DNA of 64,000 nt from Candidatus Marinacidobacterales bacterium (GTDB taxonomy: Bacteria > Acidobacteriota > Vicinamibacteria > Marinacidobacterales > SMYC01), in contig CBDCYI010000011.1 of the NCBI GenBank assembly GCA_965224085.1, positions 1,504,001 through 1,568,000 of the forward strand, read 5' to 3'. Position 1 is the first letter of the stretch. Each line of letters starts with the position of its first letter. A program made the position numbers and the translations under genes. The notes below the pieces were generated by a model that saw only the letters and a program-made list of their open reading frames with translations, was not told the origin of the DNA and made no database searches. Below, in pieces: positions 1 to 10,395 of this stretch.

Positions 1-63
1 ATGGTCCTGGGCGAAGCTTCCCGTGCTCACGACGAGCGCAAGTGAAACGATCAAAAGCCGCAT
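1..63 (-). CDS. 5' fragment of a secreted protein (runs off the window)
   Basis: ATG at 63 with AAGGAG RBS at 69-74; translates MRLLIVSLALVVSTGSFAQDH, a signal-peptide-like start. Confidence 0.6.
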   Translation of the reverse strand, partial: MRLLIVSLALVVSTGSFAQDH

Positions 64-268
64 AGTGACTCCTTTATCATTCCTATCGTGAGCGCCATAT
101 TAGCGACCGCGTCCCGTCCGCGCAAGCCGAGCCGATGTCCTCGCTAAAAAACACCGATTGCCCTCCTCATGGGACACTGATCGGCGTAAGTCCTTTCGTT
201 ATACCAACCGCCGTGCGGCACGCGGTTTGCTCCATGGCAAGCGTAAGGACCCCTCGAAAGGAGGCGAC

Positions 269-1348
269 ATGCGGACGCTTCTATTACTTGATGCTCCCTC
301 GCTCTTCGCTCGCGTTGCTAGGTTTACTTCGTTGTTCAGCTCGCTAGTGCTCGGCCTAGCGTTCCAATTCCCCTCGACGGCTGCTTTCGCGGGAGGGGTC
401 ATCAAGCTCAATGGCTATGCCGAGTGGCGCTACGAAGAGTTCCTCATCGTCGCGGGACAGCGGGTCAAAGCCGGGAAGAGCACGCGCTTCACTGGTAAAG
501 GCGCCGCCCGCGGCCTCGACGCCATCCCGCTCGGTTACGAGGTCAAAATCCACGGCACTCGCACTCCCGATGGAACGATCCTCGCTCGCAAAGTGGAAGC
601 CAAGCCCAACGGCTCCGCTCTGTTCGAAGGACAGCTTCGGTCCGCCTTCGACGAGACTGAGGAGCGCTGGCGCCGCGACGGACGCGCCTTCGAGCAAGGT
701 CAGAACCTGGGGAAGCTCCTTCGTTCCGGGCGTGACGTCGAGCGTGTCCACACAATCATCGACCGGCTGGTGCCTCCCTACCGTCGAACGTCCGAGTTTC
801 GAGCCTACGTCATCGAGAACAGCGCGTGGAACGCGATGGCAGCACCCAACGGTTCCGTCTTCGTTTTCACCGGGCTTTTGGACGGGATGGACGACGACGA
901 GCTCGCCATCATCCTCGGCCACGAGCTGGTCCACACGACCTATGAGCACTCTCGGCGCCAGTTCAAACGGAGCCTGTGGACGAAACTAGGGCTCGCCTCC
1001 GTGCTCGCCGTCACCGAAGGTGCATCGAGCCGCGCAGCCAACGAGTGCGAGCGACCGGGCGGAAGGAGCGACGTCGGCCCGAGCCTCTTGAGCACAGGGG
1101 CTGCGCTCGGCGCACTCGCTTTCACGAACCGATATAGCCGCCAGCACGAAGACCAGGCAGACCGCGTCGGGCTTCGCTACGCCTACGAGGCGGGCTACGA
1201 CGTGAGCAAGGCGCCCGAGCTTTGGCGAAAATTTGGGCGCAAACACGGCGGACAGCCGGAAGCGCTAAACTTCTTGTTGAGTAGTCACTCAACGGCGTCG
1301 GCGCGGGCACGCAAATTGAGGATAGAGCTCGATCGAAATTACCGCTAG
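269..1348 (+). CDS. M48-family Zn metalloprotease with N-terminal DUF5666-like domain
   Basis: NAMAAPNGSVFVFTGLL, ILGHELVH (HExxH), YSRQHEDQADRVG and SHS motifs; AAGGAGG RBS before ATG 269. Confidence 0.85.
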   Translation: MRTLLLLDAPSLFARVARFTSLFSSLVLGLAFQFPSTAAFAGGVIKLNGYAEWRYEEFLIVAGQRVKAGKSTRFTGKGAARGLDAIPLGYEVKIHGTRTPDGTILARKVEAKPNGSALFEGQLRSAFDETEERWRRDGRAFEQGQNLGKLLRSGRDVERVHTIIDRLVPPYRRTSEFRAYVIENSAWNAMAAPNGSVFVFTGLLDGMDDDELAIILGHELVHTTYEHSRRQFKRSLWTKLGLASVLAVTEGASSRAANECERPGGRSDVGPSLLSTGAALGALAFTNRYSRQHEDQADRVGLRYAYEAGYDVSKAPELWRKFGRKHGGQPEALNFLLSSHSTASARARKLRIELDRNYR

Positions 1349-1501
1349 TTCCTGTGAGCGCGGCGCCAAGCACGCAGGGAAGAAAAAAAGAGTGAGCGCG
1401 CACTGAGCACCATCGACCAAACATTTCCCACAACCGAACACGAGGGCGCGGTCGGGACGCCACCCCTTCGCGACTGGCGCGGATATTTCGCAAGGGATAT
1501 C

Positions 1502-1518
1502 CTGGCACAAGGCTTGCG
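1502..1518 (+). promoter_or_regulatory. sigma54-type -24/-12 promoter
   Basis: CTGGCAC-AAGGC-TTGCG matches TGGCAC-N5-TTGC; about 150 bp upstream of the beta-barrel gene. Confidence 0.6.
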
Positions 1519-1665
1519 AGGAAGCGACAGGGCGCATCCTTGCAACAAAGGATTCAGAGGACCGGCCTCTCCATTCCTGATCTCGCGGACCTTGAGAGGA
1601 GGATGCGCCTACTCTCCCGCCGACATGTCCAAATTGTTAGAATCTCGCCTTCAGGAGGTTATTGC

Positions 1666-2307
1666 ATGCAACTTCGCCCGGACGCATTCAGCACCGTGGT
1701 AGTCCTTTACGCGCTCGCGGCCACCCAATCCGTCGAAGCTCAGAGCCACAAGTTCAAGCTCGGAGGCGGCGCCGGCTTCGCCAGCCTTCAAGATCCAGAG
1801 CTGGACCTCGGACGGACCTTCGTCGTCGGCGGTTTTTTCGGATTGCGATTCAACGACAACTTCAGCCTCGAAACGGGTTTCAACTTGGCGCGCTCGAACC
1901 GCGTCTACGCCGAGGATGGGGTTCCTGTCGACGACGTCCCGGCCTTGCCGGCGTTTCGTTTCCAGACGAACCGCTACCAGATAGACACAACGTTTGTTTA
2001 CAACATCGGGAGGCGACAGCCGTTCCATCCCTACATTGTTGCTGGCGGCGGCTTGGTTCGCCGAGACAAAAAGCAAACCGATCTCGTGTTCGAGACGGAC
2101 GACAACGGCCAGGATATGCTCGTCTCGTCGGACGTCGTTCTCGACACGTCGGAATACGAGGCGGCCGCGCATGTCGGCATCGGCGTCGAGATCTACTTCC
2201 TCTTCAACGTTGCGGCCCGCGCCGAGTATCGTTGGTACATTCCGCAGAACTTCGACCAATCCACACGCCAGTTTTTCTTCGGTGCGACCTACTTTTTCGG
2301 AAAGTGA
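1666..2307 (+). CDS. outer-membrane beta-barrel (OmpA-like membrane domain) protein
   Basis: AGGAGG RBS, signal peptide, alternating beta strands (FFGLRF, PYIVAGGG, ARAEYRW), aromatic C-terminal strand. Confidence 0.75.
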   Translation: MQLRPDAFSTVVVLYALAATQSVEAQSHKFKLGGGAGFASLQDPELDLGRTFVVGGFFGLRFNDNFSLETGFNLARSNRVYAEDGVPVDDVPALPAFRFQTNRYQIDTTFVYNIGRRQPFHPYIVAGGGLVRRDKKQTDLVFETDDNGQDMLVSSDVVLDTSEYEAAAHVGIGVEIYFLFNVAARAEYRWYIPQNFDQSTRQFFFGATYFFGK

Positions 2308-3377
2308 GGCGTCGGTTTCAACTTGCCCGATAGGAAACGGGCGATGCGGAGCCCATCCATCCAGTTGAAGGGAAATTTCGCCGTTGTGTAATGCCCACAC
2401 GGCAGCTCGTAAACCTCCCGCTCGATGTCCAGCTTCTCGACATCCCGCAAAAGCTGCTTCGAAAGATCTGGCGGGAACGACAGGTCGTAGCGGGCGTAGA
2501 TTAAAAGGGACGGCCGGTTCCGCTCGCGCAGTTGTTCGTAAAAACTGAACGGGCTCAGAGGCAGCCACAGGCGGCGAATCTCTTCGAGGCCAACCCCCCG
2601 TTCGAGCCCCTCTCGCACTTGCCGTGTCGAGATGCCGCGCCACACGACGTCGGCGAAGTAAGGCGAGATGTGATTGAATACGGCGGCTTCGAGCCGCGGC
2701 TCATGGGCATAGACCGCGAAAGCGATGGCTGAGCCCAGGCTGGTGCCGATGATGCCGAGCGGACCGTAGCCTTCGCGCTCGAGCCACGACGCGGCATTGC
2801 GGGCATCGAGGACCGCCTGACGGAAAGACTGAAGCGTGCGCCCGACATTCGGGCTGAGCATGAAGTCCGCGCGTGCGAGCCCTCCCGGACGACGCGCTTC
2901 GTGATAAGGCAGGGCGAGCTTGAGCGCCGTTAGCCCAAATCGGTTCAGGAGCTTGCACAACCCATCCTGAGCGCCTTCTTTCGCGTTCCAGTGAGGTAGG
3001 ACGACCACGGCCGGCCCGCCTCCGCGGTTTTCTTTCTTCGCGCTCGCCGGATAGAAACGGGCGTACACACGATCGTTTTCCAGGACACCGGTCGTCGCCG
3101 ACGACATGAAGGTGAGCACGCCGTCCAACAGTTGGATATCGCTCACGTCACCCGGCTCGAAGTAGTCCGCGCTCCTAAAAAGCGCGGTCTGCGTATGGTC
3201 GTGAAGCACGTGGCGCGCTGCTGCATCACCACTTGAGCCATTTAAAAAGCCAGGGTTCGTCCAATCGGCGAAGCTCGGGAGATATTCGGTGCCCCACTCG
3301 AAGGGCAGAACACGACGCTCACCGTCATCGCTATAGGCGAGTTTGCGCTCCCAGGCGTGAAAGAAACTTCGGATCAA
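2289..3377 (-). CDS. alpha/beta hydrolase (RcgR/ABHD18-like)
   Basis: GTSLG nucleophile elbow, VVLPHWNA, LPYH, PCGHYT His motif. Confidence 0.8.
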   Translation of the reverse strand: MIRSFFHAWERKLAYSDDGERRVLPFEWGTEYLPSFADWTNPGFLNGSSGDAAARHVLHDHTQTALFRSADYFEPGDVSDIQLLDGVLTFMSSATTGVLENDRVYARFYPASAKKENRGGGPAVVVLPHWNAKEGAQDGLCKLLNRFGLTALKLALPYHEARRPGGLARADFMLSPNVGRTLQSFRQAVLDARNAASWLEREGYGPLGIIGTSLGSAIAFAVYAHEPRLEAAVFNHISPYFADVVWRGISTRQVREGLERGVGLEEIRRLWLPLSPFSFYEQLRERNRPSLLIYARYDLSFPPDLSKQLLRDVEKLDIEREVYELPCGHYTTAKFPFNWMDGLRIARFLSGKLKPTPHFPKK

Positions 3378-3458
3378 TTTAGGGTTCGGCCAACGGTGAT
3401 CGCTGTGGCGTTTACACGCCCGACTCGCTGAAATCGCGCAGCATCTTCTGCACGTGCG

Positions 3459-4139
3459 TCAAGGGCGGGCAAATTCTTTTGCGAGTGCGTCTTGAATGAT
3501 GACGTTCTTGCCGGCGATCTCGATATAGCCTTGCTTGTTGAGATCACTTATCATTCGCGATACGGTCTCACGCGTCGCGCCAATCATGTTCGCGATCTCC
3601 TGATGCGTCGGGCGACGAAACACGACGCGGCCATCTGACTGCCGGCTTCCGTCTTCGCTCGCCATCTCGAGAAGGATACGCGCGACGCGACCATACACGT
3701 CGTGGAGCGCGAGATTGCCGATTTGTTGGTTGGCTTTGCGCAGACGCGACGAGAGCACGGAAAGAAGGTTGACGAGCACGCGCGGCCGTTTCTCGACAAT
3801 CGAGAGAAAATCCCTCTGATGGAGGACGAGGATCTCGGTTTCCGAGAGTGCGATGGCGGTGGCCGAGCGCGGCTCGTCGTCGAGAAGGCTCATCTCACCG
3901 AAGAAATCGTGCTCCGAGAGCATGGACAGGATGATCTCCCGGCCGTCATCTGAGAGGATCGTGACCTTGACACGGCCCGAGAGGATCATGAAGAGCGCTT
4001 CCCCGAGATCGTTCTCGAAAAACACCACCGCATCCTTCGGATATTTCCGGCGTGACGCGACGTTGATGAGGCTGGCCAAGTCTGCTTCTTCCAGACCTGA
4101 GAACAGCGGCACCTGACGGAAGATCTCAGTGGTTACCAT
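3459..4139 (-). CDS. Crp/Fnr family transcriptional regulator
   Basis: cNMP-binding FFGEMSLL...PRSATA and HTH THQEIANMIGATRETVSR. Confidence 0.95.
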   Translation of the reverse strand: MVTTEIFRQVPLFSGLEEADLASLINVASRRKYPKDAVVFFENDLGEALFMILSGRVKVTILSDDGREIILSMLSEHDFFGEMSLLDDEPRSATAIALSETEILVLHQRDFLSIVEKRPRVLVNLLSVLSSRLRKANQQIGNLALHDVYGRVARILLEMASEDGSRQSDGRVVFRRPTHQEIANMIGATRETVSRMISDLNKQGYIEIAGKNVIIQDALAKEFARP

Positions 4140-4225
4140 TTTCGGTCACCTTTCCGTTCGGTCTCTTGTATAATATTCTCCCAGTTCTTTTTGTTCTTCT
4201 TACTCCTATTGTACGCGAGTCCGGC

Positions 4226-5581
4226 TCAAGGAGCCATGTGCGCTGCGAGCACTTCGACCGCCGACACAGCCTCGGATCCGCTCACTAGATTCTGCGGACC
4301 GAAGTCCCCGCCCGCCCGAGCCATCAATAGGCCCAGCGACACCGACAGGGCGGCCGACTCATAGTGAATATTCTCCGATGACAGGTCGGGAAAATTTTGG
4401 TCGAAGCGCGACGATTCCCTCGCGAGGTCGTAAGCCGTTGGCGCAAGAATCTCGAGCGCGGCGGCAAGGCCATCGGCGAGGTCGGCGCGGCGGACGAAAG
4501 CTTGCGGTTGGAACATGTGATTCGGAAACACCTCTAGGATGCCCGTCCCCACTACATGACGGATGAACGTTTGAGCCCAGCTATCGCCGATATCCGTCGC
4601 GATCACGGGCGTCGTCTCCGGCACACCGTCATAGGCGTCTCGCAGCTCGAGATATAAGAGGGCGGCCAGCTGCTGCCGGGTCAACCGATCCGCTTCACTA
4701 ATTCCTTCATATTCCGGTGGTAAGTTCTGCTCTTGGAACTCCGCTTCGATGGCATCGAAGCGCGCCAAAACGTCCGCATCACGCGGAGAGAGCCGCGCCG
4801 CCACTCGATAGGCCTCTAGCGCTCCAGTAAGATTGGATCTTGCGTAACGGGCTTCGCCCAGGATCCGAAATGCGTCGCCGTTTTGGGGTTCGAGCTCCGT
4901 GGCGCGCTCGGCGTGCGCCACGGCCTGCGCGTGCAAGCCGGCGGCACGGGCGGACTCCGCGGCTTCGATGTAGAGCCCACCGACCTCAGGGGCGACTTCG
5001 AGCGCGCGCGCATAGGCGGAAGCGGCCTCCTCGTTGCGGCCTCGTTCCATCAACTCCCGTGCCGTACCGAGCCGAGCCTCGGCTACGTTTATCTGCAAGG
5101 TGGAAGCGTAGCGTTCGATGAGCGGATGATCGGGAGAGGCTTCTTGAACACGCAGCAGCCGCGCATAAGCCTGCTCCTCGTTTCCCGCCGCGAGCGCCGT
5201 GAGGAAGTAGCCGCTCTCTGCCGGCCCAAATCCTGAATGCTCCGCCAGCGCGGTGCGGAAATATCGCTCCGACGCAGGCCAGCGACCGAGGCGCAGCTCG
5301 AGAAATCCGAGCGCCGTGGTGACCTCTGGGCTGCGGCCATATTTTCGACCCAGCCGCGAAAGGTTGGACTCCGCGGACTCAAGGTCTCCTTGCTGAAGCG
5401 CACTCCAGCCATCTTCGAAGCGCCGCCGTTCGCCGTCCGAAAGGCTTTCCGGAGGCGCCAGCGTCATTTGCTGGACGACGTTCCAAGAAGGGACAGTGGC
5501 AGGAGTGAAAACCCGCGTCGGGGCGCAGCCGACCATCACGACAACAACAACGAACGCAGATGCCTCAAGGCCTCTACTCAC
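4226..5581 (-). CDS. TPR-repeat lipoprotein with C-terminal SLH-like domains
   Basis: Lipobox MVGC, several TPR repeats, SLH-like DIGDSWAQTFI...FQPQAFVRRADLA; start uncertain (GTG 5581 chosen). Confidence 0.75.
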   Translation of the reverse strand: MSRGLEASAFVVVVVMVGCAPTRVFTPATVPSWNVVQQMTLAPPESLSDGERRRFEDGWSALQQGDLESAESNLSRLGRKYGRSPEVTTALGFLELRLGRWPASERYFRTALAEHSGFGPAESGYFLTALAAGNEEQAYARLLRVQEASPDHPLIERYASTLQINVAEARLGTARELMERGRNEEAASAYARALEVAPEVGGLYIEAAESARAAGLHAQAVAHAERATELEPQNGDAFRILGEARYARSNLTGALEAYRVAARLSPRDADVLARFDAIEAEFQEQNLPPEYEGISEADRLTRQQLAALLYLELRDAYDGVPETTPVIATDIGDSWAQTFIRHVVGTGILEVFPNHMFQPQAFVRRADLADGLAAALEILAPTAYDLARESSRFDQNFPDLSSENIHYESAALSVSLGLLMARAGGDFGPQNLVSGSEAVSAVEVLAAHMAP

Positions 5582-5688
5582 AAAATTCGTGCGCCCTTTC
5601 GGTGCGCCCCGTCCCGCATATCCGGGCACAATCCTTGCAAGTTGAACTCCATACTACCTTTGCGCCGAACCTAAGTCAAGAAATGAAA

Positions 5689-6318
5689 TCATTTTCCATC
5701 ACTTTCACCAAGGGCCACAACAGCGGCAAATCCGACCCGCCCCTCTCGAACGAGCTTCGGCGTCGATCCCGTAATGTCGACGATGGTCGAAGCATGCCCG
5801 CCACTCGTGGCACCGCCGTCGAGGATCACATCGATAAGCTCGCCAAGCCCAGCCTCGACTTCCTCGGCCGTCATCGCAGGCGGACTCCCACTGACGTTCG
5901 CGCTTGTCGATGTCACAGGCCCCGCCGCCGATGCGAGCGCCCTCGCTACCGCGAGACTACTGATGCGAAGCGCGACCGTCCCGTCCTCGGACGCCGCCGC
6001 GACTCCGGGCAACGCTTGCACCACGAGAGTCAACGGCCCCGGCCAGAACTTCTCGACGAGACGCTGCATGAGAGCGGACGGCGCCACTGTGACGTCGGCG
6101 AGCTGCGATGTGTTCGCGAGGATGAGCGGCAGCGCACGCGAACGAGGGCGTCCCTTGATCTCGAACACACGGCGACACCCTTCGAGGTCGAAGGCAGACA
6201 CAGCCAACCCGTAGAATGTCTCGGTTGGATAGGCGATCACACCACCTCTGCTGAGCGACGCCACGGCACGACGAATCACGTCTGGCTCGGGACGGTCGCG
6301 CGCGATCTTCAACCGCAC
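5689..6318 (-). CDS. tsaC: L-threonylcarbamoyladenylate synthase (Sua5/YrdC)
   Basis: IAYPTETFYGL, IKGR, FWPGPLTLV, TSANVSG, STIVD motifs. Confidence 0.93.
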   Translation of the reverse strand: MRLKIARDRPEPDVIRRAVASLSRGGVIAYPTETFYGLAVSAFDLEGCRRVFEIKGRPRSRALPLILANTSQLADVTVAPSALMQRLVEKFWPGPLTLVVQALPGVAAASEDGTVALRISSLAVARALASAAGPVTSTSANVSGSPPAMTAEEVEAGLGELIDVILDGGATSGGHASTIVDITGSTPKLVREGRVGFAAVVALGESDGK

Positions 6319-6381
6319 CGACGGGCTCCCATGTAAGTGCCCATGTTATACTGCCTTCAACTCCGTTCGACTTCATCTTTT

Positions 6382-7860
6382 ATGATCATTCGCCCAGGGC
6401 GGTTTCTGTCGATCGCGATCGTGTTGATGTGGCTCGGGCTCATCGGCCTCCATATCTGGCGAGGCCACGCGCGCTCCGAAGCCTCGACCCTCATCGACCT
6501 GTCCGCGTCGAGCGGGCCCGCCGAGGCCGAACTGACACAGCGCGGAGTCTTCTATCGCGGCGAGCGGATCGGCTATATCCGCGAACGTCTCACACCCCTC
6601 GAAAACGGCTATCGCGCCGAGCAGAGCGGAGAGTTCACGCTAAAGCTTGTTGGACGGGAGCGTCCAATGAAGATGGAAGGTTCGGCTACGACCGGTTCTT
6701 GAGGAGAGCTGCGGACGTTCAAGTTCCAGCTCACAACATCGTCGCGCCGCTCCCCGTTTCAGACGACCGTACACGGGAGAGTCGACGGCAACCAGCTCGA
6801 GCTCACCATCCGTTCGAGCCGGTCGGAGAGGACAGAAACGAGAACGCTCGATGACCCCATATTGCTTCCATTGAACTTGTACTACTCGCTCGCGTCGAAC
6901 GGTTGGACGAGCGGGGAAACCTATCGCGTCCGTCTTTTCGATCCGATGACGCTCACCGAAGGCGAAGCGACGATCGAGGTCAAAGACCCTGAGATCGTGC
7001 GCTGGGGCGGGCACGAAGAAGAAGCGTTTCGCCTGCAAACAACGTTCGCCGGGCTGACGACAACCGCTTGGGTCAACGATACGGGTGAAGTGCTTCAGGA
7101 AGAGACGCCGCTCGGCTGGACGCTCCAGAAAGAAGCGCCTGGGAGCAGCCTTCAAGCACGAGAGGCAGGCGCAGCACCCGACATCTTGTTCGCTTCGGCC
7201 GTCCCCGCGATTGGTTTTGCAGGAGAGGCCGCCGAGCTAGACGCGGTCGTCTTGAAGCTGAACAGGTTCCCGGACGACTTTGATGAAACGGAGGGCGGAC
7301 GGCAAAGCGTCAACGAAGGCAACCTCCACATCGAGCGCGAGAGAGCACCCTTTACCGGGCGCGACGTCTTGTCCGAGGATGAGCTCAGACGCGCGCTCCG
7401 CGCCGATGCCTTCATCCAATCCGACGATCCCGAGATCCGCAAACAAGCGGAAGCGCTGACCGGAGGGCTCGACGACATCGACAAAGCGCGGGCGCTGACT
7501 GATTGGGTCTTCGACAACCTCGCGAAATCACCGACGCTCTCGATCCCGAGCGCCCGAGAAGTGCTCGACAACCGTGTGGGAGATTGCAACGAGCACGCGG
7601 TCCTGTTCGCGGCGCTCGCCCGAGCCGTCGATCTCCCGACGCGGGTCGCCACCGGGCTCGCCTATACTGGAGGTCAGTTCTACTACCATGCGTGGCCTGA
7701 AGTGTGGGTCGGCAGGTGGCTCGCCCTCGACCCGACATTTGGGCAGTTCCCGGCCGACCCCATGCACGTGCGTCTTCTCACGGGAGGACTCGAGACGCAG
7801 TACGAGATCCTCAAGATTCTAGGTCGGGGCGCGACCATAGAAGTCTTGGAGACCCGATGA
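6382..7860 (+). CDS. membrane-anchored transglutaminase-like protein interrupted by one in-frame TGA (6700-6702)
   Basis: ORFs 6337-6702 and 6862-7860 share a frame with only the TGA between them; catalytic GDCNEHA, YHAWPEV, LDPT motifs. Confidence 0.8.
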
Positions 7861-8606
7861 TCCGACTCGAAGAGCTCCACAAGAGCTACGGCCCATATGA
7901 GGCGGTGAAAAACCTCTCCCTCCACGTTCCCGCCGGTGAGCTCTTCGGTTTTCTAGGACCGAACGGCGCGGGCAAAACGACGACCATCAAGATGATCGCG
8001 GGCCTCTTGCAGCCCACATCGGGCCGTGTTTATCTCGGAGGCCACGATCTCGAACGCGAGCCCGTCGACGCCAAAGCGGTCCTCGGCTTCATTCCAGATC
8101 GACCATTCCTCTACGAGAAGCTCTCGGCCAACGAGTTTTTGCGCTTCATTGCAGGCATCTACGGATTCGACGGCAACGGCCTCGAAGGCCGCATCGACGA
8201 GCTCTTGGAGCTCGTCGAGCTGTCCCACGTCCGTGCCGAGCTCATCGAGAGCTTCTCACATGGGATGAAACAGCGCCTCGTCATGGCGGCCGCGTTCGTC
8301 CACCAGCCGAAAGTGCTCGTGGTAGACGAGCCGATGGTCGGTCTCGACCCCAAGGGCGCGAGGCTCATCAAGCAAGTCTTCCGCGACTACTGCGACAAAG
8401 GCCACACCGTTTTTGTCTCGACGCATACGCTCGACGTCGCCCAGGAGCTCTGCGATCGCATCGGGATCATCATGAAAGGCGAGCTCGTCGCCTGCGGCAC
8501 GATGGATGAGCTCAAGAGGAACGCCGCGATCGAACGCCACGACCTGGAGGAGATCTTCCTGAAATTGACCTCCGGCGAAGGCTTTCGCGAATCTGAGGAG
8601 AGCTGA
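7857..8606 (+). CDS. ABC transporter ATP-binding protein
   Basis: GPNGAGKTT, FSHGMKQR, VVDEP; ATGA overlap with the upstream gene. Confidence 0.95.
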   Translation: MIRLEELHKSYGPYEAVKNLSLHVPAGELFGFLGPNGAGKTTTIKMIAGLLQPTSGRVYLGGHDLEREPVDAKAVLGFIPDRPFLYEKLSANEFLRFIAGIYGFDGNGLEGRIDELLELVELSHVRAELIESFSHGMKQRLVMAAAFVHQPKVLVVDEPMVGLDPKGARLIKQVFRDYCDKGHTVFVSTHTLDVAQELCDRIGIIMKGELVACGTMDELKRNAAIERHDLEEIFLKLTSGEGFRESEES

Positions 8607-8609
8607 GCG

Positions 8610-10319
8610 GTGAGATTCGAGTTCACCCCTGGCCAGGTCGCCGCGCTGCTTGTTCCCTCATGGCAGTCCTTACGCAACCGGAGACAGAAAGCCGGAAAGA
8701 GCGCGGTACTTCGCGGTTTCTTGTTCGCCTCTGTGGGGCTGGTCTTCGGCCTGTTCTTTTTCGGCGGCTTTTACCGGATGCTCCTCTATATCGGTCAATT
8801 CGCGGAGTTCACGGCGCCACTCACTCATCAAGTGCTGGGCACGACCTCGACCTTCATCTTGACGGTGCTCTTCGCGAGCACCGTCGTCACCGCGCTTTCA
8901 ACGCAATACTTGTCGGAAGATCTTTCTCTGCTCGTGAGCAGCCCTGTCTCTCTGCCCGCGCTCTACGGCTCGAGGCTCGTCTTGACCGCCATCCAGTCCT
9001 CTTGGATGGTCGTGCTCTTCAGCATTCCGATCTACGCAGCCTTCGCTTTGACGTCGCCGGCGCCTTGGGTGTTTCTCGGTGCGGCAGCGCTCGCGCTCGC
9101 GCCCCTCGTCGTGATTGCCGCCACCGTCGGCAGCATGGTGACATCGGTGCTCATGGCCGTCTTCCCCGCCCGGCGAGTTCGCGAAATGCTCCTTTTGCTC
9201 GCCGCGTTGTTCGTCGTGTTGCTCGTGTTTCTCATTCGCGTACAGCAGCCGGAGAAGCTCTTGAACCCGCGCTCCATTTACGACATCAGCGAGTTCTTCG
9301 CCGCATTCCAGACCCCGAGCTCGTCGCTACTTCCGAGCTCGTGGGCGACGAGCTTGCTCATCGCCGGACGCCGCGCCGAGCCCCTTCCCGCGATGCCGTT
9401 GGCGCTTTTATGGAGCACGGCCGCTGCGACGACCGTCCTTGGTTGTTGGCTCGCCCGCGCTGTCTACCATCTAGGCTATTCGAAAGCGCAAGAGTCGCGG
9501 CCGGCGAAGTTCTCGTCACTACCGGTCGTGGACCGAATCCTGGAAGCTGTCACGCTTCCGTTCGAAGTGCGCTTTCGCTCGCTCCTGTTGAAAGATATGC
9601 GGACGTTCGCGAGAGACGCGACCCAGTGGTCCCAGCTCCTGCTGCTTTTAGCGCTCGTCGTCGTTTATCTCTATAACTTCAGCGTGCTACCGTCGAACTT
9701 TACCTTCGCCACGTTCTTTCTCCAGAATCTCTTTTCGTTCTTGAATCTCGGCCTCGCGGGATTCGTCCTCGCAGCGGTGGCGGTCCGTTTCGTGTTCACG
9801 TCGATATCTGCGGAAGGGCTCGCGTTCTGGATCGTTCGCTCGTCACCGCTAACGCTAGATCGGTTCTTGTGGAGCAAGTTCTGGACAGCGATTCCACCGC
9901 TCCTCGTGCTGTCTCAAATTCTGACCCTCGCCTCCAACCATTTTCTCGGCGCCACGACGTTCATGACCGTGCTTTCAGCCATTACGATGTTGTGCGTCAC
10001 CTTCGGCATCGTGGGCCTCGGCGTCGGGATGGGAGCGATATTCCCGAGATTCAAGTTCGAGAACGTCACCCAGATCGCGGGAAGTGCTGGAGGGCTCCTC
10101 TATATGATCGCCGCAACATCCTTCGTCGCCGTCATTTTGTTTCTCGAAGCCGTGCCCGTCTATCTCTATCTGAGCGCGGAGTATCGCGGGTTACCGCTAG
10201 AGACGCGCGCGTGGCTCATCATCGCGGGCGCGCTCTCGTGCGTGCTCGTCGTGAACGCCCTCGCGGTATGGCTTCCCATGCGCATGGGCGCAAGACGTCT
10301 CGCAGCTATTGAACTCTGA
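8610..10319 (+). CDS. putative ABC exporter permease
   Basis: Polytopic membrane protein with a duplicated pattern (DLSLLVSSPV / FWIVRSSPL), next to the ATPase. Confidence 0.85.
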   Translation: MRFEFTPGQVAALLVPSWQSLRNRRQKAGKSAVLRGFLFASVGLVFGLFFFGGFYRMLLYIGQFAEFTAPLTHQVLGTTSTFILTVLFASTVVTALSTQYLSEDLSLLVSSPVSLPALYGSRLVLTAIQSSWMVVLFSIPIYAAFALTSPAPWVFLGAAALALAPLVVIAATVGSMVTSVLMAVFPARRVREMLLLLAALFVVLLVFLIRVQQPEKLLNPRSIYDISEFFAAFQTPSSSLLPSSWATSLLIAGRRAEPLPAMPLALLWSTAAATTVLGCWLARAVYHLGYSKAQESRPAKFSSLPVVDRILEAVTLPFEVRFRSLLLKDMRTFARDATQWSQLLLLLALVVVYLYNFSVLPSNFTFATFFLQNLFSFLNLGLAGFVLAAVAVRFVFTSISAEGLAFWIVRSSPLTLDRFLWSKFWTAIPPLLVLSQILTLASNHFLGATTFMTVLSAITMLCVTFGIVGLGVGMGAIFPRFKFENVTQIAGSAGGLLYMIAATSFVAVILFLEAVPVYLYLSAEYRGLPLETRAWLIIAGALSCVLVVNALAVWLPMRMGARRLAAIEL

Positions 10320-10395
10320 AGTCCTTCACGACGGACGGAACGGACACACTCCATACATTGGTCCTCGCCCAGGTATCGACTAGGTCGAACGCTCC

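Noticed and set aside
5624-5639. sigma54-like GGCAC-N5-TTGC on the plus strand
   Set aside because: Points antisense into tsaC with no nearby plus-strand gene; cannot be supported
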